The position numbers and the translations under genes are program-made. The notes under the pieces are model-generated. The model made no database searches and was not told the origin of the DNA. It saw only the letters and a list, made by a program, of their open reading frames with translations. Source: an uncultured bacterium (lineage in GTDB: Bacteria > Armatimonadota > UBA5829 > DTJY01). Taken from it: a stretch of DNA of 23,103 nt. The stretch spans positions 1-23,103 of the forward strand of contig CAYXOC010000057.1 of assembly GCA_964466715.1 (NCBI GenBank), in the 5' to 3' direction. Shown one piece after another: positions 7,595 to 15,179 of the stretch (within the stretch, counting starts at the first letter, position 1; each line of letters starts with the position of its first letter).

Positions 7595-10154
7595 TTCGCT
7601 GCAGCCTCCTGCCTGCGTACACACGGCCGGCGAGCGCGCTCGCCCGGTGGAGGAAACCCGCATCTCGCCCACCCTCGCCCTTGGCGAGACCTCTTCGCTC
7701 CGTTCCCTCCTGCAGACGAACCTGCGAGACGTACGCTTTGGCTTTGAAGTAGCCGATCGGTCCCCGCAGGACCCCGGCGATCTCGGAGAGCGTCAGCGAC
7801 AGGGGAACGCGCCCACGTCCCGTCAGCCCTCGGATGAGATCGGGCAGATGGTGATGTCTGAACCAGGCGCAACCTATCAGGAAAGCTCTCGGTTCGCGGT
7901 ATTCGAGCAGTGCCTTAGTCAGGAAGGCATACGTGCCGGTGTTGTAGCACTCGAGCTGACGTCGGTACTCCTCCATGCTCCTGCGGTGGGTATGCCAGAC
8001 CAGAGCGCCCGGCTCGTAGCAGATCTTGTAGCCGCGTGTCAGGAGCCTGTAGAACATGTCCGGCTCCTCACCGCATCTAGCGGGAGTTCCGGGGCAGAGA
8101 GCCTCGTCCAGCCCGCCGATGACACCCAGCACCGATGCCCGGAAAGCCATGTTGCCGCCGACGCCGATCCTCCCGGAGGAAACGGGATCGAGGTTCGTCT
8201 TGTCGTAGATGCGGCGCTCATAGCCGCGCCGCATGCCGCCGTCACCCCACTTCTCGAACAGTTCCTGGGCTCGGGTCTCCAGTTCGTAGGGCATGATGAG
8301 ACCGGTGACACACGCGATCGCCGGATTGAGCCGGAACGCGCCTTCGATGGCGTTCAGCCATTCCGGATCTACGACCACATCGTCGTCCGTGAAAGCTATG
8401 ATCTCCGCATCCGCCGCACGGATGCCGGCATTCCGAGCGAAATTGGCTCCCCGCTTCTTCTCTCGCACGTAGCGCACGCCGAACTCCCGGCAGAGCGCAT
8501 ACGTCTCCTCGCAGTCCACGCCGTTGTCTACGACGATGACTTCCTTCTTCGGATACGCCAGCTTCGAGAGGGAATCGAGGCATCTGCGCAGATGATCGTC
8601 GGGCCTGGTCACCGGCACCACCACGGCTATGGAGGGAAGCGACTCCGGCGCAGGACGCTCCTTCGGAGGGATCACGGCCTCCTCTACCTGCAGGCGCAGT
8701 ATGCGATCGGTGAAGCGCGACTCGATCTGCTGGCGGAGCCAATCGGCGGGGATCGTCTTCTGATGAGTCTTGATCCATATGTCGCCGAGCGTGCTTCCGC
8801 GATAGGTGATCAGCGCGAACAAGCCTGAATGCCCGGACGGAAGCGGGATGTCGGTCAGACCGTCAGTGATCTCGATCCGGCGGACAAGGCTGGCCATCGC
8901 CGATCCGTATCTGGTGACATAGCCGTCGGAAGCAAAGGATGCTTCGACCTTGCGCGCATGCCTCCTGGATCGGAGGTAAGCGATCGGGCCGTGGAGCGCG
9001 CCCCACATCTCCACGAGCAGTAGGCTCATCGGCATGCGCTCCCGATGGCAAAGTCTCCGAACCACACGGCCTGCGTTCCAGCGAAGGTACGGTCCGAAAA
9101 GGTATCTGAGGATCAGCAGACGAGACCGAGGATCGCTGAGGAACGCTTTGGTCTGAAGCGCGATGAACGACTTGCCGTAGCCGTATAGCTGCCTGCGCAG
9201 TTCGTCCATGCTCCTGCGGTGGCAGTGATAGACCAGCGCTTCCGGCCTGTACTCGATCCTGCACCCGGCGCGCATCAGCCTGCGGAACATGTCGAGATCG
9301 CCGCAGCCGCCGGTGGGGGTGCCCACGTCGAAGGCGACGTCGAATACGCCGACCCTGTCGAATGCCTCCCGACGGAACGCCATGTTGGCCCCGGTGCCTA
9401 TGCTCGGCCAGCATGTCTGGTACTTCCGGAGCGCGCCGGGCTGGTATACTAGAGGCTCAAACCCCCTGCCGAAACCGCCGTATGCGATCTCGAACAACTC
9501 CTGGGCATAGGTCTCCAGTTCGGCGGGAAACACCAGACCGGTGACGCACATGGTCTCCGGATCGCGGAACCCCTCAGCTATGCCCTTGAGCCATCCGGTG
9601 TCCGCGTAGGCGTCGTCGTCTATGAACGCGATGATGTCGCCCTTCGCCTCGGCGATCCCCCGATTCCGCGCCCAGTCGAGCCCCGGCCTGGGCTCCAGCA
9701 CGTATCGGAACGGGTACTTCCGCAACAGATCTCTTGTTCCCGGACCGGAAGGCGCGTTGTCGATGATCAACACCTCGAAGTTGTGGTAGTGCAGGGCCTT
9801 GAGCGACTCGAGAGTGCCGCGAATGGACTCATGGCGGTCTCTCGTGCAGACGACCACGCTGATGAACGGCTCGTCGGCACGGTTGGCGCGCGACCTCCGG
9901 CGCTCCGAGGGTATCGATCGGCCCGCGAGTCGAACGTAGACTTCATCTCTGGCAAGATCGGGCCAGAACCTGTCGCTGATGGCGCGTGCTAGCTGTTCCG
10001 GACGGATTATGCCCGGGCATCCATGAAAGTCCACGACTCCCAAAGGCACTCCGTTGCGCATCACGAGTACGCGCGTGAACTCATAGCGGTCGACGTCCAC
10101 CACCACCGCCGGCAGGGGCTTGGTGACGTCCACCGGGACGATCTTGATTGCCAT
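7587..10154 (-). CDS. Tandem-domain GT2 glycosyltransferase (two GT-A domains) with a ~100-aa N-terminal domain of unknown function
   Basis: Domain 1 is FISVVVCTRDR...LIIDNAPS...FIDDDAYADTGW. Domain 2 is IAVVVPVTRPD...IVVDNGVD...FTDDDVVVDPEW. The first ~100 aa precede the first GT2 core and contain no GT motif that I recognise. ATG 10154 is preceded by GAAGGAAGG. Confidence 0.85.
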   Translation of the reverse strand: MAIKIVPVDVTKPLPAVVVDVDRYEFTRVLVMRNGVPLGVVDFHGCPGIIRPEQLARAISDRFWPDLARDEVYVRLAGRSIPSERRRSRANRADEPFISVVVCTRDRHESIRGTLESLKALHYHNFEVLIIDNAPSGPGTRDLLRKYPFRYVLEPRPGLDWARNRGIAEAKGDIIAFIDDDAYADTGWLKGIAEGFRDPETMCVTGLVFPAELETYAQELFEIAYGGFGRGFEPLVYQPGALRKYQTCWPSIGTGANMAFRREAFDRVGVFDVAFDVGTPTGGCGDLDMFRRLMRAGCRIEYRPEALVYHCHRRSMDELRRQLYGYGKSFIALQTKAFLSDPRSRLLILRYLFGPYLRWNAGRVVRRLCHRERMPMSLLLVEMWGALHGPIAYLRSRRHARKVEASFASDGYVTRYGSAMASLVRRIEITDGLTDIPLPSGHSGLFALITYRGSTLGDIWIKTHQKTIPADWLRQQIESRFTDRILRLQVEEAVIPPKERPAPESLPSIAVVVPVTRPDDHLRRCLDSLSKLAYPKKEVIVVDNGVDCEETYALCREFGVRYVREKKRGANFARNAGIRAADAEIIAFTDDDVVVDPEWLNAIEGAFRLNPAIACVTGLIMPYELETRAQELFEKWGDGGMRRGYERRIYDKTNLDPVSSGRIGVGGNMAFRASVLGVIGGLDEALCPGTPARCGEEPDMFYRLLTRGYKICYEPGALVWHTHRRSMEEYRRQLECYNTGTYAFLTKALLEYREPRAFLIGCAWFRHHHLPDLIRGLTGRGRVPLSLTLSEIAGVLRGPIGYFKAKAYVSQVRLQEGTERRGLAKGEGGRDAGFLHRASALAGRVYAGRRLQRSA

Positions 10155-10157
10155 GTG

Positions 10158-10979
10158 CTACGCCTTCCTTCGGAACGCGATTGCGCGGCTCAATCGCGGA
10201 CCCGGACTCCCTATCACGTATCCGATCAACGTGATCGGATACTGCATCAAGATGAGGCCAACCCTCACTTTCACGGGAAGCCTGGAGAAACCGATATCGT
10301 GCGCGATCACCGTCAGCGGGTTCAGATACGGGGCGACGCCGGTCGGCTCGCAGCTCGGGAAGAGCGCGATTACCTCGTCTTGCGTATAGCCCCGACGAAC
10401 GTGTCCCCATTGGTCCCAGATCTGCTGTTCGGTGTAGCAGAATAGCTTGAACGGCCACTTGTAGTAGGGATGACGGAAGTGCTCCGTCGGCGTCGATACC
10501 AGCAGCAGACCACCGCGTCTCACGACCCGCGCCAGCTCCCGCGCGGCCCGCTCGTGATCGGGCACGTGCTCCAGAACGTCAAACGCCGTCACGCAGTCAA
10601 AGCTCTCATCCTCAAAGGGCAGATTAGTGGCGCTGCCGGGAACGAGCCGTGCGGTCGTGTTCATCCACGGCCAGATGCGCGCCACCTCGGGATCGGAGTC
10701 GACGTTGGTTACCTGAGCCTCGGGGAAGAGCAGCGAACAGAGGGAGCTCCGACCGCCCCCGACATCGAGGACGGATGAGAACTCCTCGGACGGTATCAGC
10801 GATGCAAGCGCGCGCATCTTCTCGCGGTAGTACATGCCCAGAGTGTATCTGTGCGGGTGCGGGTTTCTGGACAGCAGCAGTCTGGTTGCGCTGGACTCCA
10901 TCAGTGTACACTCCAACAACCGAATGGACCGGCAGCAGTCGTGAGCAGGAGCAACGGCCGGCTCATGTATCGTCCGCAT
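10158..10979 (-). CDS. Class I SAM-dependent methyltransferase (Methyltransf_11/12-like)
   Basis: Motif I VLDVGGG, acidic VDSDP, motif post-I FDCVTAFDVLEHV, and RVVRRGGLLLVS. The start is ambiguous between ATG 10979 and ATG 10901 (MESSATR...). The stop is 3 nt from the downstream GT2 start. Confidence 0.75.
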   Translation of the reverse strand: MRTIHEPAVAPAHDCCRSIRLLECTLMESSATRLLLSRNPHPHRYTLGMYYREKMRALASLIPSEEFSSVLDVGGGRSSLCSLLFPEAQVTNVDSDPEVARIWPWMNTTARLVPGSATNLPFEDESFDCVTAFDVLEHVPDHERAARELARVVRRGGLLLVSTPTEHFRHPYYKWPFKLFCYTEQQIWDQWGHVRRGYTQDEVIALFPSCEPTGVAPYLNPLTVIAHDIGFSRLPVKVRVGLILMQYPITLIGYVIGSPGPRLSRAIAFRRKA

Positions 10980-11091
10980 TGATACCCACTTCGCGCTCCT
11001 CTTACACTTACCGATATATCTCCGTCCAAGGCATGCGCTTGCTTTGCATACGGGCTTGGCGAAGGTGATTAGCGGAGCCTATGAATGGCCT

Positions 11092-11811
11092 TCAGCCGGA
11101 GTCTCTGATGCCCAACCTGCTGAAGAACCCGCCTCCCGGTGTCGGGTGCGGGCGCATGAACACGCGGTGCGGCACCTCGGCGTTCACCGGCTCGACTTCG
11201 ATACAGCCGTCGGCCCCGTCACGGACCCAGTCGTCTATGCCCTCGTCTACACCGGGGTGAGGCACCTTGTCCCTCGGCCATGCCTTGTAGCCGGAGTCGT
11301 GGAATATGATGTGTCCGCCCGGCAGAAGGTTGGGCGCGGTCTGCGAGAGGTCGTAGCGAACCGAGTCCCGGGAGTGGTCGCCGTCGATGTGGATGAACCC
11401 CCACTTCATCCGTCTCAGGATGGGGGCGGCATGCTCCGTCGTGTGAACGATCGGGATCACATACTCCCTCAGCCCGTGCTTCTCCAGGAGAGAGAAACAC
11501 ATGGGCATCGCCTGACAGACGGACGGGTATTCGGGCAGAACGGCCCCACCCGCCTCGAAGGGCGGCTCGGCGTTCGGCCAGACGTGCCATGGGTCCACCG
11601 CGACGACGTACTGCCCCGCCTCCCTGGCGCCCAGAGCCAGGATCGCCAGAGACCGGCCGAGCCATGCGCCGATCTCGAGTATCGGCCCCGGGCTAGTGCG
11701 CGCGCACTCATAGAGCCTTGTCACGTAGCCTCTGAGGAGCCAGCTTTCGTGGCAGTCCAACTTGTCGTACCACTCCTGAATGTCCAGTCTGCCTCTGCCT
11801 TTGAGCAGCAT
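11092..11811 (-). CDS. Class I SAM-dependent O-methyltransferase, Methyltransf_24 (CmcI/TylF-like) family
   Basis: ILEIGAWLGRSL and the hallmark FIHIDGDHSRDSVRYDL. Start refined to ATG 11811 (MLLKGRG...), which has GGAGG 8 nt upstream. The track start 11865 lacks an RBS. Confidence 0.8.
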   Translation of the reverse strand: MLLKGRGRLDIQEWYDKLDCHESWLLRGYVTRLYECARTSPGPILEIGAWLGRSLAILALGAREAGQYVVAVDPWHVWPNAEPPFEAGGAVLPEYPSVCQAMPMCFSLLEKHGLREYVIPIVHTTEHAAPILRRMKWGFIHIDGDHSRDSVRYDLSQTAPNLLPGGHIIFHDSGYKAWPRDKVPHPGVDEGIDDWVRDGADGCIEVEPVNAEVPHRVFMRPHPTPGGGFFSRLGIRDSG

Positions 11812-11992
11812 ATCGCTAACCTCCGAATGATGATCCCCTCGATGTCTGTGCTGCATATCCCGCATGGATGCCGTGGGCGTCTCTAGCCGGTTGCGTCATA
11901 CCCTGTGCAGGCTACGGCAAAACAGCACGGAGCGCAGTGCGCCGACACGACCGAATGGATCCGGCATGAAGCTCTGACAGCCGGCGGAAGTG

Positions 11993-12021
11993 TTGCCTTA
12001 CTATCCGGCGTGTGATACAAT
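11993..12021 (+). promoter_or_regulatory. Strong sigma70-type promoter with extended -10, for the Cys-rich small protein gene
   Basis: -35 TTGCCT at 11993-11998, 17-bp spacer, TGaTACAAT (extended -10) at 12013-12021. The RBS AGGAGG lies at 12040-12046, ~10 nt before ATG 12056. Confidence 0.55.
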
Positions 12022-12055
12022 GCGTGGACGGACGGCAAGAGGAGGTCATCTATCA

Positions 12056-12250
12056 ATGGCATGCCCCAACACTGATTCCAACATGAGCCACTGCAACTGC
12101 AGCTATCCCGGATGCTCCCGCAAGGGGAACTGCTGCGAGTGCCTTCGGTACCACCTGAGCAACAACCAGCTTCCCGCCTGCGCGTTCCCGGACGACGTCG
12201 AGAAGACCTACGACCGTTCGTTCCGCCGGTTCGCGCAGATATACAGCTAA
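12056..12250 (+). CDS. Small (64-aa) cysteine-rich protein with 8 Cys; probable metal/Fe-S-binding small protein of unknown function
   Basis: [64 protein letters not shown]. Cys pattern is C-x9-C-x-C-x4-C-x5-CC-x-C-x13-C. A strong promoter and RBS sit upstream. The track ORF begins at TTG 11990, inside the -35 element. Confidence 0.7.
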   Translation: MACPNTDSNMSHCNCSYPGCSRKGNCCECLRYHLSNNQLPACAFPDDVEKTYDRSFRRFAQIYS

Positions 12251-12260
12251 CCTTGAGCCC

Positions 12261-12289
12261 GCTCCGGCGGACCCCTCGGTCGCCGGAGC
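12261..12289 (+). terminator. GC-rich hairpin downstream of the Cys-rich gene (terminator-like, no U-tract)
   Basis: GCTCCGGCG-(11-nt loop)-CGCCGGAGC is a perfect 9-bp stem 11 nt after the stop codon. The following sequence is not T-rich, so intrinsic termination is uncertain. Confidence 0.3.
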
Positions 12290-12472
12290 GACCGGTCCCC
12301 CTCATCGAGGAGGACGGCAGACGACATCCGGCCGTCACACCCCGGAGACCTGCAACAAATCGCGGCATCGCGAGTCTAACCACTATGGATGCTCATTAAA
12401 GCCATCCGGGAAGAGCCCACCCGGACCGGCATCACCCGCTGGTAAGCGCAACCGGAAGGGAGGCGTGTCAAC

Positions 12473-13174
12473 ATGGGACTGCAGGATATGCTTCAGTGGT
12501 GGAACCTGATCTACGTCATTCCGCTGTTCATCTCGGTGCTCTGGCTTGCCGCAACCGCGGTCGCCGGAATGCAGGAGGGAGCGGACCATGACGTTGAAGT
12601 GGATGCCGACCACGATGCGGACCTGGACCACGATGTAGACGCGGACAACGATGCGAATCTGGACCAGCACCATACATCGCACCACCTGGACGTGGAGCAC
12701 GATGGATCGCTCCTGATGAAGGCGATGGCAGTCCTGGGTCTCGGCAAGATGCCTGTAACCGCCATGTTCGGCATATTCCTGCTGGCATGGGGCGCGTTCG
12801 GCATGTTCTCCAACCAGCTGTTCGCGGCAGTGTTCGTCTATCCGGCGGTGTACATCTGGCCGTCGATGGCTGCGACGTTCTTCATAGGCGCGATCCTTAC
12901 CCGGTCCATGGCGGAGATATTCGCCAGGGTCATGCCGAGCAATGAGACGTACGGAGTCACAAGGATGCAGCTTATCGGGAACCTGGGCGCCGCCGTGTTC
13001 AGGATCACCGAGACGACCGGCACGATACACGTCAAGGATCAGTACGGGACTCTCCATCGCGAGCAGGCGAAGGTGGACCCCGGATGCCCCGAGATACCCG
13101 CCGGAAGTGACATCATAGTCGTTGACTTCGATGATTCGGACAAGCGCTTCATCGTGAAGCGAAGTGAGTTGTAG
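12473..13174 (+). CDS. NfeD/YqiJ-like membrane protein (N-terminal TM helices, acidic Asp/His-rich insert, C-terminal OB-fold) partnered with flotillin
   Basis: TM1 (IYVIPLFISVLWLAATAV), then an EGADHDVEVDADHDADLDHDVDADNDANLDQHHTSHHLDVEHDG low-complexity stretch. Two more TM helices follow, then a C-terminal beta-rich OB-like segment (IGNLGAAVFRITETTGTIHVKDQYGTLHREQAKV...IIVVDFD). The position upstream of an SPFH/flotillin gene resembles the E. coli yqiJ-yqiK arrangement. GGGAGG lies 9 nt before the ATG. Confidence 0.8.
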   Translation: MGLQDMLQWWNLIYVIPLFISVLWLAATAVAGMQEGADHDVEVDADHDADLDHDVDADNDANLDQHHTSHHLDVEHDGSLLMKAMAVLGLGKMPVTAMFGIFLLAWGAFGMFSNQLFAAVFVYPAVYIWPSMAATFFIGAILTRSMAEIFARVMPSNETYGVTRMQLIGNLGAAVFRITETTGTIHVKDQYGTLHREQAKVDPGCPEIPAGSDIIVVDFDDSDKRFIVKRSEL

Positions 13175-13189
13175 GAAAGGGAGGTTGCT

Positions 13190-15097
13190 ATGGGTGCTCT
13201 TGCACTGTTGCTGCTGGCAGGACTAGGAATGATCGTGCTGGCTCTGTTTCACCCGGCGATAAGCGCGCTCAGCCAGGGTATTCTGTTGGTGGCAGGGTTT
13301 GCTGTCTCCGCCATTACCGTGATCGCCATGATTGCCGTGAAGCTGTACCAGAAGGCATCAGCGGAGGAAGCACTGGTGAGAACCGGCCTCCGCGGGGCCA
13401 AGGTCGTAATCGACGGCGGTATCATCGTCTTTCCGGTCGTTCACAAGATCACACGAGTATCGCTGAAGGTCATCAAGCTCACATGCGTCCGTGAGGGCGC
13501 TGACGCCCTTATCACCAAGGACTACCTGCGCACGGACGTCCACTCCGAGTTCTACATGAGAGTCGGCGCGAGTCCGGAGCAGGTTCTGAACGCCGCACGG
13601 TCATTCGGCGAGCAGTCGGGCCAGGTGGAGGCTATCGATCAGGTCGTCGGCGAGAAGCTGATCTCGGCGCTCCGGTCGGTTGCGGCGAAGCATGAGCTCG
13701 CGGAATTGCACAGCGATCGTGAGAGCTTCGCCAGTTCGGTACAGGAAGTGGTCTCCAAGGAGATCGAGCCGAACGGTCTGATCCTGGAGACGGTCACCAT
13801 CTCCCGACTCGACCAAACCGATCCGTCGCACCTGAACGACAACAATGTCTTCGATGCTCAGGGCAAGCGGAAGATCACCGAAATCACGACCGCGGCTCTG
13901 GTCGCACGAAACGACCTCGAGCGCACCGCCGAGCAGGCGATGACCGAGAAGAACGTCGCCACCAGGAAGAGTGTCCTGACCATGCAGCAGGACCAGGCGT
14001 TCGCGGAAGCCGAGCAGAGCATGCAGGTCAAGAAGGCGCAGTCGGAGAAACAGCGTGAGGCAGACGTCTACCGCATTGAGCAGGAGCGTCAGACCCAGCA
14101 GGCGCAGATCCTCGCCGAGCAGAACGTCCGACAGACGGATGTTGCCAAGGAACAGGCGATCCAGACCGCTGAGGTCGAACGGGTGAAGGCCGTCGAGGTC
14201 GCCAACCGCGAGCAGGAGATCGCTGTCGCTCATAAGGAGGCGGAGCGCGCTGCCGCGGAGAAGGCCAGACTCGAAGCCGAAGCTGCCCGAGAGCAGGCGA
14301 ACCAGCAGGTCAAGACCGTCGAGGTCGTCGCAAGCGCCGAGCGAGAGGCAAAGCAGAAGCTCATCGCCGCGGAGAACGAAGCCCTGCAGGCTCTCGTCCG
14401 CAAGCAGAAGGATGCCGACGCCATAGCCTATCAGAAGATCAAGGAAGCTGAAGGCGAACTGAAAGCCGCCGAGAACCAGGCGAAGGCGAAGCTGACCCTC
14501 GCGGAAGCCGATGCCCAGGCGAAGGCCAGGCTCGCGGAAGGCGAGAGAGCCTACCAAGTCGTCCCGGTGCAGGTCGAGGCGGAGCGCGTCGAAGTTGCGC
14601 GCAAGCAGATGGAAGTCGACAAGGCGACCGCCGAGTTCAAGCAGCAGTTCGAGAAGTCCGCGATCGAATTCGAGCTGAACAAACTGGAGATCCAAGCGAA
14701 GAAGGAAGTCCAGATCGCCCTTGCGAACGCGATTGCCAGCTTCACCGAGAAGGGAAGCTACACCGTATACGGCACGCCGGACACGATGGCCGACATGATG
14801 GAGAAGTTCTCCAAGGGCCTCGGGATCGGGTCGTTCGTGGATGGACTCGGCAGCGGCTTGAACGGCGGCAACGGACACAAGAGCGCCGGCGAGACGGTAG
14901 ACGATCTCGCGGGGATGCTGGGATCGATCGTGAAGAAGGTGACCGGCAGGGATGTCAGCCTGTCCCCGGAGATGGCGCAGCAGATCGCATCGCTGGTGAC
15001 CGCGAATCTCCCGTCGGCGTCCGAAGCCGCGCCGAAGAAGGCCGATCTTCCCGCTGCCACCGCGGCTGACGGCGGCGAGAAGAAGAAGGCGAAGTAA
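13190..15097 (+). CDS. Flotillin-like SPFH (band-7) family protein (YqiK/FloT-like) with a long Ala/Glu/Gln-rich coiled-coil
   Basis: N-terminal TM segment, SPFH core (VIDGGIIVFPVVHKITRVSLKV...), then a ~300-aa EA-rich coiled-coil (AEQAMTEKNVATRKS...AKAKLTLAEADAQAKARLAEGE) and a Gly-rich tail. AAGGGAGG lies 5 nt before the ATG, and the gene starts 15 nt after the NfeD-like gene. Confidence 0.9.
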   Translation: MGALALLLLAGLGMIVLALFHPAISALSQGILLVAGFAVSAITVIAMIAVKLYQKASAEEALVRTGLRGAKVVIDGGIIVFPVVHKITRVSLKVIKLTCVREGADALITKDYLRTDVHSEFYMRVGASPEQVLNAARSFGEQSGQVEAIDQVVGEKLISALRSVAAKHELAELHSDRESFASSVQEVVSKEIEPNGLILETVTISRLDQTDPSHLNDNNVFDAQGKRKITEITTAALVARNDLERTAEQAMTEKNVATRKSVLTMQQDQAFAEAEQSMQVKKAQSEKQREADVYRIEQERQTQQAQILAEQNVRQTDVAKEQAIQTAEVERVKAVEVANREQEIAVAHKEAERAAAEKARLEAEAAREQANQQVKTVEVVASAEREAKQKLIAAENEALQALVRKQKDADAIAYQKIKEAEGELKAAENQAKAKLTLAEADAQAKARLAEGERAYQVVPVQVEAERVEVARKQMEVDKATAEFKQQFEKSAIEFELNKLEIQAKKEVQIALANAIASFTEKGSYTVYGTPDTMADMMEKFSKGLGIGSFVDGLGSGLNGGNGHKSAGETVDDLAGMLGSIVKKVTGRDVSLSPEMAQQIASLVTANLPSASEAAPKKADLPAATAADGGEKKKAK

Positions 15098-15103
15098 ACG
15101 CGT

Positions 15104-15168
15104 GGAGTGACGGAGTATCGGAGTGGCGGAGTATCGGGGAAACCCGGAATTCCGTCACTCCATACTCC
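15104..15168 (+). promoter_or_regulatory. Structured leader element: two direct 17-bp repeats, a GAAA-tetraloop mini-hairpin and an inverted copy; candidate alternative-structure riboregulator
   Basis: Repeats are GGAGTGACGGAGTATCG (15104-15120) and GAGTGGCGGAGTATCGG (15121-15137). The mini-hairpin is CGGG-GAAA-CCCG (15135-15146). The inverted copy CCGTCACTCCATACTCC (15152-15168) can pair with either direct repeat. The SD AGGAG of the downstream gene begins at 15169. Confidence 0.3.
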
Positions 15169-15179
15169 AGGAGACTCTC

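Noticed and set aside
7595-7672. Track start (GTG 7672 / ATG 7663) for the 719-aa GT2
   Set aside because: It would overlap the upstream 855-aa gene by ~80 nt with no RBS. GTG 7594 has AGGAGG 9 nt upstream and the typical 8-nt stop/start overlap, and begins right before the GT2 core (LSVVVPTHNR).
6893-8828. Plus-strand ORFs 6893-7747 (284 aa) and 7566-8828 (420 aa) antisense to the GT2 genes
   Set aside because: They lie inside the strongly supported minus-strand GT2 CDSs with clear DxD/GT-A motifs. They are antisense artefacts of high GC.
13601-14878. 425-aa minus-strand ORF antisense to the flotillin coiled-coil region
   Set aside because: It mirrors the repetitive GAG/GCC-rich coiled-coil coding sequence (Leu/Arg/Asp-rich translation). 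The flotillin reading on the plus strand has clear SPFH homology and an RBS.
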